NCBI GenBank assembly: GCA_963663235.2
Contig: CAXXNO010000008.1
Coordinates: forward strand, 1 to 64,000
Origin: Dehalococcoidia bacterium
Lineage (GTDB): Bacteria > Chloroflexota > Dehalococcoidia > Bin125
Length of the DNA: 64,000 bases
Direction of reading: 5' to 3'
The translations under genes were made by a program, and so were the position numbers. Under the pieces are notes generated by a model that did not search any database, was not told where the DNA came from, and saw nothing but the letters and a program-made list of their open reading frames with translations. The number at the start of each line of letters is the position of its first letter. Position 1 is the stretch's first letter. Below are positions 10,555-19,737 of this stretch, piece by piece.

Positions 10555-11421
10555 CTAGCCCGACTCCCCTTCTGACCCGCCGTCGCCCGAAACCTGCCCC
10601 AGTCGCGCCTCGATCGCGCTCCCCAGGCGGGTGAAGTCCAGCGGCACAATCCACTTGCTGCTCTCGCTGTCGGCCAGGGTGCGCATCATGTCCAGGTACT
10701 GCAAGCTCATCGTGTTGGCGTCCACGCCGCGCGCCGTCTCGTAGATCCGTTGCAGCGCCGTGCCGAACCCTTCCGCCTCCAGGACCTGCGCCTGCCGGTG
10801 GCCGTCCGCATCCAGGATCGCCGCCTCTTTCTGCCCTTCCGCACGCAGGATGGCCGCCTGCTTGTCCCCATCCGCGACGTTGATCTGCGCGTCCCGCTGC
10901 CCCTCCGACTCCGTGATCTGCGCCCGACGCGACCGCTCCGCCGACATCTGCCGCGTCATCGCCTCCTGGATCGTCGGCGGCGGCTGGATCTCCCGGATCT
11001 CCACCGCGGTCACCTTCACCCCCCAGCGGTTCGTGACGTCGTCCAGCTTGGCCTGCATCCCCGCGTTGATCTCCTCGCGACGCGAGAGCACGTCGTCCAG
11101 GTTCATATCGCCGATCACGGCGCGCAGGGTGGTCATCGCCAGCTGCCGCGCGGCGCCTATGAAGTTCACCACCTCCAGCACCGTCTTCTCCGGGTCCTGC
11201 ACCCGCATGTAGACCACGAAGTCCACGTCCACGTTGGCGTTATCTTTCGTGATGTTCGACTGCGGCGGCACGTCGAAGAAAATTTCGCGCATGTCCACTT
11301 TCTTCATCTGGTGCAGGATCGGGATCACGATCACCAGTCCCGGCCCCTTGATGCCGACGTACTTGCCCAGCTTGAACTTGGCCAGCCGCTCGTACTCGCG
11401 GACGATGTTGATGATGGCCAT
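10555..11421 (-). CDS. SPFH/band 7 (stomatin-like) protein
   Basis: ITKDNANVDVD, TTLRAVIG, WGVKVTAVEIREI, AERSRRAQI coiled coil. Confidence 0.92.
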   Translation of the reverse strand: MAIINIVREYERLAKFKLGKYVGIKGPGLVIVIPILHQMKKVDMREIFFDVPPQSNITKDNANVDVDFVVYMRVQDPEKTVLEVVNFIGAARQLAMTTLRAVIGDMNLDDVLSRREEINAGMQAKLDDVTNRWGVKVTAVEIREIQPPPTIQEAMTRQMSAERSRRAQITESEGQRDAQINVADGDKQAAILRAEGQKEAAILDADGHRQAQVLEAEGFGTALQRIYETARGVDANTMSLQYLDMMRTLADSESSKWIVPLDFTRLGSAIEARLGQVSGDGGSEGESG

Positions 11422-11539
11422 GCGCTCCTCCTTCGGTGGTGACGGACGCCTGCGCTGACTGTCGATACGGCCTCACGCCGGTTCGGGCAACCGGCCCCGT
11501 CTACAATGGAGGCCCGTCCCGCGGAAGGGTACACGATTC

Positions 11540-12418
11540 ATGGCCGCCACGCCTGAGCCGCGCTCGCCCTTGCGACGCCGTCCCGCCTGGGCCTGGCTCC
11601 GCCTCGTGCGGCCGCTCGCGCTCGCAGCCGGGGTCGCCACTGCGGTCGGCTTCGCCTTCATCGCCGCCGGCGGCGAGCCCAACTGGCACCAAACGCTGCG
11701 CATCGGCCTCGCCTTCGCCGCTCTGCTGGCCTCGGCCGCCGCCCTCAACGACGCCGCCGACGCCCCCCACGACAAGACCGCCCACCTCTGGCGGCCCATC
11801 CCCTCCGGCTTCATCTCCGCAGACCAAGCTCTCCGGCTCGCCCTGGTCCTCGGTGCCCTCGCCTTCGCCCTCGCCGGTTCACTCGGCTGGCGCCCCTTAC
11901 TCATCTTCGCCGTCGGCCTGCTGGCCGCCTTGCTCTACACCACCGCCCTCAAGCGCACCGTCCTCTCCTGGCTCCCCTTCTCCCTCGCCTTCGCCCTCCT
12001 CCCCATCTGGGTCTACGACGCCCTCGACCGCTTCGACGACGTCCTCTGGTGGTCCTTCCCCGTGGGCTTCGCCGGCGGCCTCGCCTTCTACCTCGCCTAC
12101 AAGCTCCCCGACTTCGAGCGCGACGACCAAGACGGCGAGCGCAACGTCCTCCACTGGCTCACCATAGACTTCGCCGTCCCCGCCGCTTGGGGCGCCATGG
12201 CCGCCTACCTCGTCGTCGCCGTCGCCTCCGCCAACGTGCAAGACATCCGCGCCGAGTGGCTCGTCCCCCCCGCCGCCATCGCCCTCACCCTCGCCCTCGG
12301 CGTCATCACCGCCCTCACCATCCGCGTCACCGAGCGCCGCCTCTTGGTCCAGCGCTGGCTCACCGCCTTCGCCGTCCTCGCCCTCGCCCTCGGCTGGCTC
12401 GGCTCCATCACCCCCTGA
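11540..12418 (+). CDS. UbiA family prenyltransferase
   Basis: LVRP, NDAADAPHD, RPIPSG, PDFERDDQDG aspartate motifs; multiple TM helices. Confidence 0.88.
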   Translation: MAATPEPRSPLRRRPAWAWLRLVRPLALAAGVATAVGFAFIAAGGEPNWHQTLRIGLAFAALLASAAALNDAADAPHDKTAHLWRPIPSGFISADQALRLALVLGALAFALAGSLGWRPLLIFAVGLLAALLYTTALKRTVLSWLPFSLAFALLPIWVYDALDRFDDVLWWSFPVGFAGGLAFYLAYKLPDFERDDQDGERNVLHWLTIDFAVPAAWGAMAAYLVVAVASANVQDIRAEWLVPPAAIALTLALGVITALTIRVTERRLLVQRWLTAFAVLALALGWLGSITP

Positions 12419-12419
12419 C
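12334..12419 (+). repeat. Direct repeat copy 1 (3' end of ubiA-family gene)
   Basis: Matches 15190-15281 except one substitution and one extra GCCCTC unit. Confidence 0.95.
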
Positions 12420-12801
12420 GACGACCGCTTTGACCAACGGCGAAGCCCGCTAGACGCTCCGGCCTGTGATGTGACACAGTCCCGGCTTCACAAACGTCCT
12501 CGATAAACTGCCGCCGTACCGGCGAACGAGCAGCGCCCGACCCGGCACCCTCAGCCCCGCCCCGATTGGTCGGTCAACTACCGCCGTATCGACGCGCCCG
12601 CGGAAGAAACCGCCGTGGCAGCGGTGTGAGGAAACTCCTTGCGGGAACCCCTGGCGCGCCTTCCGGCCAGACGCTTGTGAAAACGCACGCAACGTTGCAC
12701 AAAACTCTTGTCTGTTAGGCTCTGCGCCCTCTGAAAGACGCGTGATGCAAAGCCAGACATGCGCCTCCCCCGATTGCGTTTCCGCTGGATATGAGGACCT
12801 G

Positions 12802-15096
12802 ATGATGCTCAACCGCGTCCCGACTGTCTCGTCCCTCGTTCGCGTGCTGATCATCGCGCTCTTCGCCGCTGCTGCCTTCCTCTTGTCCCCGGCCGCCGCC
12901 CAGGACGGCCCCTCGCAGATCACCGTCCCCATGTCCACGGGCTTCAACTTCGTCGCCGTGACCGAAGACACGAACATCGCCGACGCCACCGCCGATATCG
13001 CCGGCGCCTTCGATATCGTCTTCGCATTCCAAAACCGCGCCGGAAACTTCCTTTCCTACGTCGGCCCCGGCCACCCCATCCTCAACGACCCCTTCCCCCT
13101 CGCCCCCGGCGACGGGCTGATGTTCCAGATGAACACCTCGGCCACTTGGGTGCAGCCACTCCCCGAGGACGACATCGTCCTCAACCTCGTCCAGGGCCCC
13201 AACTTCATCGGCTGGAGCGGGCCCGACGCCGTCGGCGGCGTCCCCGCCATCAAAAGCGTGCAGACGCTCAATCGCGCCACCGGCGGATTCGACAGCAACA
13301 TCCTCGCCCTCGACGACCAGTTCAACTCTCTTCTTACTATGGAGCTGGGCGCCGCCTACTGGGTCCTCACCGACGCGCCCACCACGCTCACCATCCCCGC
13401 GGGCGGCGGACCCGGCCCCGAGACGGGGCCGCGAGCGGCGCTCCCCCTGGCTACCAGTTTTCAAGAGGCCGAAGCGGCGGTGGTTTACATCCAGGCCGGG
13501 AACGGCTCCGGCTCAGGGTTCATCGTGAGCAACGCGCAGATCGTCACGAACGCCCACGTCGTGCAGGCGTTCCGGACGGTCACCGTTCAATTCCCGGGCG
13601 GCGAGGAGGTGACGGGGACCGTGGCATCCCTCGACAGCGAGTTGGACGTCGCCGTCGTCGAAGTGGCGGAAACCCTGGTGAGCGGGCTCGCGAACGCTGG
13701 CGCATCGCCGGAGACGATTGCGGGCCTGCGCCGTCTTGATTGGGAATCAGTCGGCACCCCGGCCGTCGGCACGGAAGTCTTCGCCTGGGGCTACCCCTTC
13801 GGCCGATTCGTCGGGACCGACACCTCGGCGACCCTCTCCGCTGGCATCGTCTCGGCGATTCAGACGGACGGAATGTTCTCCTTCATCCAAACCGACGCCG
13901 CAGTGAACCCTGGGAATAGTGGCGGTCCGCTCGTCGACGCGGCCGGGAACGCGCTCGGCATCAACAGCTTCATCCTTGCGCCGTCCGGTCAGGACGTCGA
14001 GGGCTTGAACTTCGCCATCGATATCGCGGAGCACCGCGACCGAATCGCGGACGTGCTCGCGGGCATGGCGCCCCCGCTTCCGCCCGGCCTGGCACGGCAC
14101 GAGTTCTTCGGCAGCCAGGCCACAGGATCAGGCCCGCTGCTGGGCGGCGCACCTGCCCCGGACGGCTCGGTCGTTGGAGCATTCAATGAGTTTTTCGATC
14201 TAGTTGGCCAGTCCGCCATCGCCGACGGAACGTGGCAGATGCTCATCGACCCAGCCGCGGCCACGACAGTCACATTTACCATTACCTCTAGCGGCACGGA
14301 ATCCGGTAGCACGGAACCCTTCGTGGTCGAAAGCGACGCGGTCACGGAGGTGACGCTCGACCTCCCATCGGATTTCAACGCAGGCAATATCGTCGTCGGC
14401 GTCGACTTTTGGCTGGCCTTTGCGGGGACGGGCACCTTCACGCCGGTGCTCCCAGCCTCCCCACTCATTACCTTGCAGCTCCGGTGGTTCAACGTCACAC
14501 CGGACACCTCGTTCTCGTACCGCTGGGAGCGGGACGGCGCGACCTTCTGCGCTGACAGCGGCGACAGCTGGCCTGCTGCCTTAGAAACCCCCAATGGCGG
14601 GGGCTTCTTCCCCATCTGTGAGAGTGCCGACGTCGGCGGTTCGTTCGAGGGGACGTGGACCTTCCACTTCTTTGCCAACGATCAGCTCAAGTTCATCTCG
14701 ACGTTCACGGTCCCGAGGACCGTCGTGAGCGGTATCGAGAACGTCGAATTCCACCCCATCATCCTCGAGGAGGATGGGAGCTTCTGTTTGCCTGACCAGA
14801 ACCCGAGTCACTTCTCGGGCCTATTCGGTCTCTGCGTGATCGCCACTGGATTCATTTCGAGCGGTGGCTCAGCCACGACGATTACCTGGACTCTTGATGG
14901 CGCTCTCTTCTTCGAGGAGTCTTTCGTCTGGCGTCCACTTGACAACGTGCGACTCCAAAACCGCAGGTTCATACTCTTTGTCCAAGAGACCTCGACGGCG
15001 CAAGGGCTTGAGTTCAGGTCGGGAACGTATACCGTCACCGTTCAGCGGGCCGGGCAGATCCTGATGTCGGAGTCGATTAGCATCGTTGTCCCGTAG
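12802..15096 (+). CDS. Secreted multidomain trypsin-like (S1C/HtrA-type) serine protease
   Basis: Signal peptide; GSGF, TNAHVV, DVAVV, IQTDAAVNPGNSGGPL triad; extra N- and C-terminal domains. Confidence 0.88.
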   Translation: MMLNRVPTVSSLVRVLIIALFAAAAFLLSPAAAQDGPSQITVPMSTGFNFVAVTEDTNIADATADIAGAFDIVFAFQNRAGNFLSYVGPGHPILNDPFPLAPGDGLMFQMNTSATWVQPLPEDDIVLNLVQGPNFIGWSGPDAVGGVPAIKSVQTLNRATGGFDSNILALDDQFNSLLTMELGAAYWVLTDAPTTLTIPAGGGPGPETGPRAALPLATSFQEAEAAVVYIQAGNGSGSGFIVSNAQIVTNAHVVQAFRTVTVQFPGGEEVTGTVASLDSELDVAVVEVAETLVSGLANAGASPETIAGLRRLDWESVGTPAVGTEVFAWGYPFGRFVGTDTSATLSAGIVSAIQTDGMFSFIQTDAAVNPGNSGGPLVDAAGNALGINSFILAPSGQDVEGLNFAIDIAEHRDRIADVLAGMAPPLPPGLARHEFFGSQATGSGPLLGGAPAPDGSVVGAFNEFFDLVGQSAIADGTWQMLIDPAAATTVTFTITSSGTESGSTEPFVVESDAVTEVTLDLPSDFNAGNIVVGVDFWLAFAGTGTFTPVLPASPLITLQLRWFNVTPDTSFSYRWERDGATFCADSGDSWPAALETPNGGGFFPICESADVGGSFEGTWTFHFFANDQLKFISTFTVPRTVVSGIENVEFHPIILEEDGSFCLPDQNPSHFSGLFGLCVIATGFISSGGSATTITWTLDGALFFEESFVWRPLDNVRLQNRRFILFVQETSTAQGLEFRSGTYTVTVQRAGQILMSESISIVVP

Positions 15097-15150
15097 GGGC
15101 TGGCGAGGCAGGGAGTCTCACGCGGCTCGGGCTGTAGGAGTTGCGGAGGC

Positions 15151-15183
15151 GGGAAGAGGCGGCCATGCGAGCCGCCTCTTCCC
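15151..15183. terminator. 13-bp perfect hairpin after protease gene (no U-tract)
   Basis: GGGAAGAGGCGGC-catgcga-GCCGCCTCTTCCC. Confidence 0.45.
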
Positions 15184-15189
15184 ACGTCG

Positions 15190-15281
15190 GCGCCGCCTCT
15201 TAGTCCAGCGCTGGCTCACCGCCTTCGCCGTCCTCGCCCTCGCCCTCGCCCTCGGCTGGCTCGGCTCCATCACCCCCTGAC
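15190..15281 (+). repeat. Direct repeat copy 2 (orphan duplicate of ubiA 3' end, incl. stop)
   Basis: Encodes RRLLVQRWLTAFAVLALALALGWLGSITP*, same as ubiA C-terminus apart from one extra AL. Confidence 0.95.
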
Positions 15282-15488
15282 CACCCGGGGTCGATGAGTC
15301 ACCTGCCCCCGTGCGCATGGGACATCCGCACCTCCTCGCGCCCTAACACGGCGGCTACTCTTGCATGAGCGCCTCCGCGGATTCGGACGCGCGGGAGGAT
15401 GAGGGTCATGTTCCTTCGGGCCATCCACGCCGTCCGCCGCATCGGCCTCCCCCTGGCGACGGTCCCGCAGAACCGCGGGACTCCGGGC

Positions 15489-16073
15489 ATGCTCGGGCGC
15501 TCACCGGCCTTCTGGCTCGATGCCGCGGTCAAGGTCGCGCTGGTCGCCGTCCTCGCCTTCGGCGCCTTCTCGGGGCTGCAGCAGTTCGAAGGCAAGGCCT
15601 TCGGCTGGCGCCTCGGGACCTACCCCATCGCCGCGCTCATCATCCCCATCGCCTGGAAACTTCGCGGCCGCGGCCGCCCCTACCCCTACGCGGCCGATAT
15701 CCTCATCGTCCTGCCCTTCCTCATCGACGTCCTCGACAACGCCGCCGACTTCTACGACACGATCACCTGGTGGGACGACGCCAACCACTTCGCCAACTGG
15801 GCGCTCCTCTCCGGGGGCGCCGGCGCGCTCGCTTGGCGGACCCGTCTCGGGGGTTGGGAGATCTTCACGCTGATCGTTGGCTTCGGTGCCGTCACCGCGA
15901 TCCTGTGGGAGATCGGCGAGTACTACGCCTTCATCCGCAACTCGCCCGAGTTCGTCACCGCCTACCGCGACACGCTCGGCGACCTGGGGCTAGGGCTCAT
16001 CGGCTCGTTGCTCGCGGGCGTGCTGTTTTTCGTCGCCTACCGGCGACAGGGCGTCCCCAGAGTCCGGGAGTGA
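15489..16073 (+). CDS. Hypothetical integral membrane protein (DUF2238/VanZ-like)
   Basis: WWDDANHF, LWEIGEY, DTLGDL motifs; about 5 TM helices. Confidence 0.7.
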   Translation: MLGRSPAFWLDAAVKVALVAVLAFGAFSGLQQFEGKAFGWRLGTYPIAALIIPIAWKLRGRGRPYPYAADILIVLPFLIDVLDNAADFYDTITWWDDANHFANWALLSGGAGALAWRTRLGGWEIFTLIVGFGAVTAILWEIGEYYAFIRNSPEFVTAYRDTLGDLGLGLIGSLLAGVLFFVAYRRQGVPRVRE

Positions 16074-16110
16074 TGGCTCCCGCACCGCCGGACGCCCCGC
16101 CTCCCCCCGC

Positions 16111-16947
16111 CTACCTCCCCCTCGACAAATAATCCCCGTGGATCCCCCGGCCCCCCGCTACCACGCTGCGCTCCGTGATCCGCGTAGGCCCGCCCGCGCC
16201 GTCCGTGATCGCCCCGCCCGCCTCTTGCACCAGCACGATTCCCGCCGCCACGTCCCACGGATGCACGTCGCAATGCACGAGGAGGTCGAACCGCCCCGCC
16301 GCCGCGTAGGCCAGGTCCAGCGCCGCGCTCCCCGCCAGCCGCAACGTCTGTATCCCCGGCAGCAGACGCAGCAGCCGCTCCAGCAGTTCCGTCCCCGCCT
16401 CCATGTCGTACCCCAGCCCCGCCGCCACCATCCCCTCCGCCAGCGACGCCGCCTCGCTCGCCCGCAGCGCCTCCCCGTTCACCCATGCCCCCCGCCCCCG
16501 CACCGCCAGGAACTCCTCCCGCAGGATCGGGTCCAGCGTCAGCCCCAACAGCGGTGCGCCGTCGCGACACAACGCCAGATTGAAGGCGAAGTGCGGGACC
16601 CCGGCCACGAAGTTGCGCGTGCCGTCCAGCGGGTCCACCACCCACTGCCAGCCCTCCGCGACGACCTCCCCGGCGGCCTCTTCCGACAGGATGTGGTGTT
16701 CGGGGAACTCTTGCCGCAGGTGCGAAAGGACCGCCTCCTGCGCCTCGTAGTCCGTTTGCGTGACCGGGTCGCGCGGGCCCTTCCACTCCACCGCCACCGG
16801 GCCCGCGCGCTCGAAACTCGACCGCAAGATCTCCCCCGCGATCGCCGAGCACCCCCGCGCTACCTCCAGGGCACTCCGTCCCGATCGCCCCACCGGCAAC
16901 GCGATCTCGCGCCCCTCGACCAGCGCCGACACGATCGCCGCGTCCAT
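16111..16947 (-). CDS. suhB: Inositol monophosphatase family protein
   Basis: SEE, WVVDPLDGTRNF, GSAALDLAYAAAG, WDVAAG. Confidence 0.9.
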   Translation of the reverse strand: MDAAIVSALVEGREIALPVGRSGRSALEVARGCSAIAGEILRSSFERAGPVAVEWKGPRDPVTQTDYEAQEAVLSHLRQEFPEHHILSEEAAGEVVAEGWQWVVDPLDGTRNFVAGVPHFAFNLALCRDGAPLLGLTLDPILREEFLAVRGRGAWVNGEALRASEAASLAEGMVAAGLGYDMEAGTELLERLLRLLPGIQTLRLAGSAALDLAYAAAGRFDLLVHCDVHPWDVAAGIVLVQEAGGAITDGAGGPTRITERSVVAGGRGIHGDYLSRGR

Positions 16948-17960
16948 CAGCGCGCGGAGGCCGTTTCTTCCACCGGCCGGTCCGGCGGGAGCCCCATCCG
17001 CTCCTTCACCTCCGCGATGACCTCCCGCGCAATGCGACGCGCCCGCTCCGCCCCGTCCCACAGGATCGCGGTCACGTCGTCGGGCCGCGCGGCCAGCTCG
17101 GCCCGACGCTCCCGGATCGGCCGCAGCGTCTCGTTGATCGACTCGGCCAGCAGCAGCTTGCAGTCCACGCACCCGATCTCGGCCGTGGTGCAGCGACGGT
17201 GGATGTCCGGCCGGTTTTGTGGGTCGAAGTACTGGTGCAGGTCGTAGACGTTGCAGACCTCCGGCCGGCCCGGGTCCTTGCGCGTCCGCCGTTGCGGGTC
17301 GGTGATGAACTGCCGCACCTGCTCGATCGTCTCCTCTTCGCTCGCCGAGATCGCGATGTGGTTGTTGAGCGACTTGCTCATCTTTCGGCGGTCCGCTCCC
17401 AGGATGAGCGGCGCGTCGGTCAGCTCTGCCTCCGGCTCGGGGAACGTCTCTCCGAAGTGGTGGTTGAACCGCCGCACGATCTCCCGCGCCAGCTCCAGGT
17501 GCGGCAACTGATCCTTGCCCACCGGGATCCGCGTAGCCTTGTACAGGATGATGTCGGCGGTCTGTAGCACTGGGTAGCCCACCAGCCCGTAGTTGACGTT
17601 GTCCGGCTGCTCGCGGACCTTCTCTTTGAACGTCGGTACCCGCAGCAGCCAGCCGTTGGGCACCACCATGCTCAGCAGCAAGTGCAGTTCCGCTACTTCA
17701 TGCACGTGGCTTTGCACGTAGAGGATGCAGCGCTCCGGGTCCAGTCCGGACGCCAGCAGGTCCAGCGCCGTTTCGTGCACGTTCCGCGATAGCTCTGCGG
17801 TCTCGCTGAGCGTGGTCAGCGAGTGCAGGTCGACGATGGAGTAGATGCATTCGTACCGATCCTGCAGCGCGACGAAGTTCTGTATCGCCCCCAGGTAGTT
17901 GCCGATGTGCTGGCTCCCCGTTGCCCGGATCCCCGCGAACACCCGCTCCGATGCCGCCAT
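16947..17960 (-). CDS. trpS: Tryptophan--tRNA ligase
   Basis: HIGN, YPVLQTADI, PVGKDQ, KMSKS. Confidence 0.97.
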   Translation of the reverse strand: MAASERVFAGIRATGSQHIGNYLGAIQNFVALQDRYECIYSIVDLHSLTTLSETAELSRNVHETALDLLASGLDPERCILYVQSHVHEVAELHLLLSMVVPNGWLLRVPTFKEKVREQPDNVNYGLVGYPVLQTADIILYKATRIPVGKDQLPHLELAREIVRRFNHHFGETFPEPEAELTDAPLILGADRRKMSKSLNNHIAISASEEETIEQVRQFITDPQRRTRKDPGRPEVCNVYDLHQYFDPQNRPDIHRRCTTAEIGCVDCKLLLAESINETLRPIRERRAELAARPDDVTAILWDGAERARRIAREVIAEVKERMGLPPDRPVEETASAR

Positions 17961-17979
17961 GCCGCTCCTCTGCCTCCGC

Positions 17980-19668
17980 CTACATCCGCTCCGGCGCGTC
18001 GGCGCCGATCAGCCCCAGCGTCCGCGCCAGCACCCCCTGCGCCGCCACTGTCAGTTTCAGCCGCGCCCGCGAAAGCGCCGGGCTCTCCGGGTCCACCACG
18101 CGGCACGCGCCATAGTACTGCGTGAAGCTCTGCGCCAGTTCGATGGCGTACGTGGTCAGGTGGTGCGGTTCCAGCGACTCCGCCATCAGCTCCACCAGCT
18201 CCGGCAGCCGCAGCATCTCGTCGATAAGCGCTAGCTCTTCGGGCTGCCCCAGCAGGGAGACGTCGCCCCCTTCCGCGCCCAGCCCTGCTTCCGCCGCTGT
18301 GCGCAGGATGCTGGCGCAGCGGGCGTGCGCGTACTGTACGTAGTACACGGGGTTTTGCTTGGGGTCGTGGCTCGTCGCCTGGTCCAGATCGAAGTCCATC
18401 TGCGCATCGGCCGACCGTTGCAGCAGGAAGAACCGCGTCACGTCTCTGCCCACGTCTTCGATCAGTTCGCGCAGCGCGACGATCTCCCCCGTCCGCTTCG
18501 ACATCCGCACCCGCTCTTCGCCCCGCTTCAGGTGCACCAGCTGGTACAGCGCGATCTCCAGTCCGCCCCGCGGCCCGCCCACGGCCTCCGCCGCTGCCTT
18601 GACCCGCGAGACGTGTCCTTGGTGGTCCGCTCCCCAGACGTTGATCACACGGTCGAACTTCCGCCGCACAAACTTGTCGAAGTGGTAGGCCACGTCCGAG
18701 GCGAAGTACGTCGGCTCCCCGCTGCGACGCACCAGCACGTTGTCTTTGTCTTCCCCCAGCTTCTTCGACGCGAACCAGATCGCCCCCTCGTTCTCGACGA
18801 TGAAGCTGCCTTCGCGCAGCCGCTGCATCGCCGCCTCGTAGGCCGGCTCCAATCCGTCCGCCCCTTCGTACAGCGTGCGCTCCCGGAACCACCGGTCGAA
18901 CCGCACGCCCAGCAGTTCGAGGTCCGCCTGGATCTGCTCCACCATCAACTCCAGGCCCCGTTCGGTCAGCTCCTCCGGCGTGGGTTCGCCGGCCGGCCGC
19001 AGGAACCGCTCACCGGCCTCGTCCACAATCCGCCGCGCGAGATCCTCCATGTAGGCGCCGGGATAGCCGTCCTCCGGGATCGCCGCGTCGCGCCCCAACT
19101 GCTGTTGGTAACGCGCGGAGAGCGTGTCGCCGAAGACCCGGATCTGCGCGCCGGTGTCGTTAATGTAGTACTCCCGCTCCAGGTCGTAGCCCGCTGCGAT
19201 CAGCACCGACGCCAGCACGTCGCCGATCACCGCTCCGCGCCCGTTCCCCACCTGCAGCGGCCCAGTGGGGTTGGCGGAGACGAACTCCACCTGGATCCGC
19301 CGCCCCCGCCCTACGTCGATGTTCCCCCATCGCTCTCCGGCGTCCAGGATGGCGTCCACTTGCTGCGCCTTCCAGGCGGGGGCCAGACGCAGGTTGATGA
19401 ACCCCGGCGCCGCCACGTCGACCGTCGCGATCATCGCCCCCTGCTCGACGCGGCTGGCGATCGCCTCGGCCACCTCCAGCGGCTTCCGCCCTACCGCCCC
19501 GGCCAGCCGCAGCGCGATGTTGCTCGCGTAGTCGCCGTGCTCCGGTCGCGACGGCCGCTCCACCGTGATCTCCGCCGTGGGGATGCGTGGCAGCGCCCCG
19601 GCTGCTTGCGCCGATTCCAGCGCGGCGGCCAGGGCGCTTCGGATCTGATCGCGAACGAGCGCTGCCAT
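17980..19668 (-). CDS. argS: Arginine--tRNA ligase
   Basis: VEFVSANPTGPL, WGADHQG, RMSKRTG, NPVYYVQYAHAR. Confidence 0.97.
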   Translation of the reverse strand: MAALVRDQIRSALAAALESAQAAGALPRIPTAEITVERPSRPEHGDYASNIALRLAGAVGRKPLEVAEAIASRVEQGAMIATVDVAAPGFINLRLAPAWKAQQVDAILDAGERWGNIDVGRGRRIQVEFVSANPTGPLQVGNGRGAVIGDVLASVLIAAGYDLEREYYINDTGAQIRVFGDTLSARYQQQLGRDAAIPEDGYPGAYMEDLARRIVDEAGERFLRPAGEPTPEELTERGLELMVEQIQADLELLGVRFDRWFRERTLYEGADGLEPAYEAAMQRLREGSFIVENEGAIWFASKKLGEDKDNVLVRRSGEPTYFASDVAYHFDKFVRRKFDRVINVWGADHQGHVSRVKAAAEAVGGPRGGLEIALYQLVHLKRGEERVRMSKRTGEIVALRELIEDVGRDVTRFFLLQRSADAQMDFDLDQATSHDPKQNPVYYVQYAHARCASILRTAAEAGLGAEGGDVSLLGQPEELALIDEMLRLPELVELMAESLEPHHLTTYAIELAQSFTQYYGACRVVDPESPALSRARLKLTVAAQGVLARTLGLIGADAPERM

Positions 19669-19737
19669 AGGCTGGTCCAGTATAGGTTCGCGCGCTTGCT
19701 GGGGCAGCGTCTCCCCGCCCCGAGAGGCTACGGGCCG

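Noticed and set aside
12715-12765. c-di-GMP-I-like riboswitch (GAAA...GATGCAAAGCC) before the protease
   Set aside because: The 5' GGCAAA element and P2/P3 pairing are not convincing; needs an Infernal search
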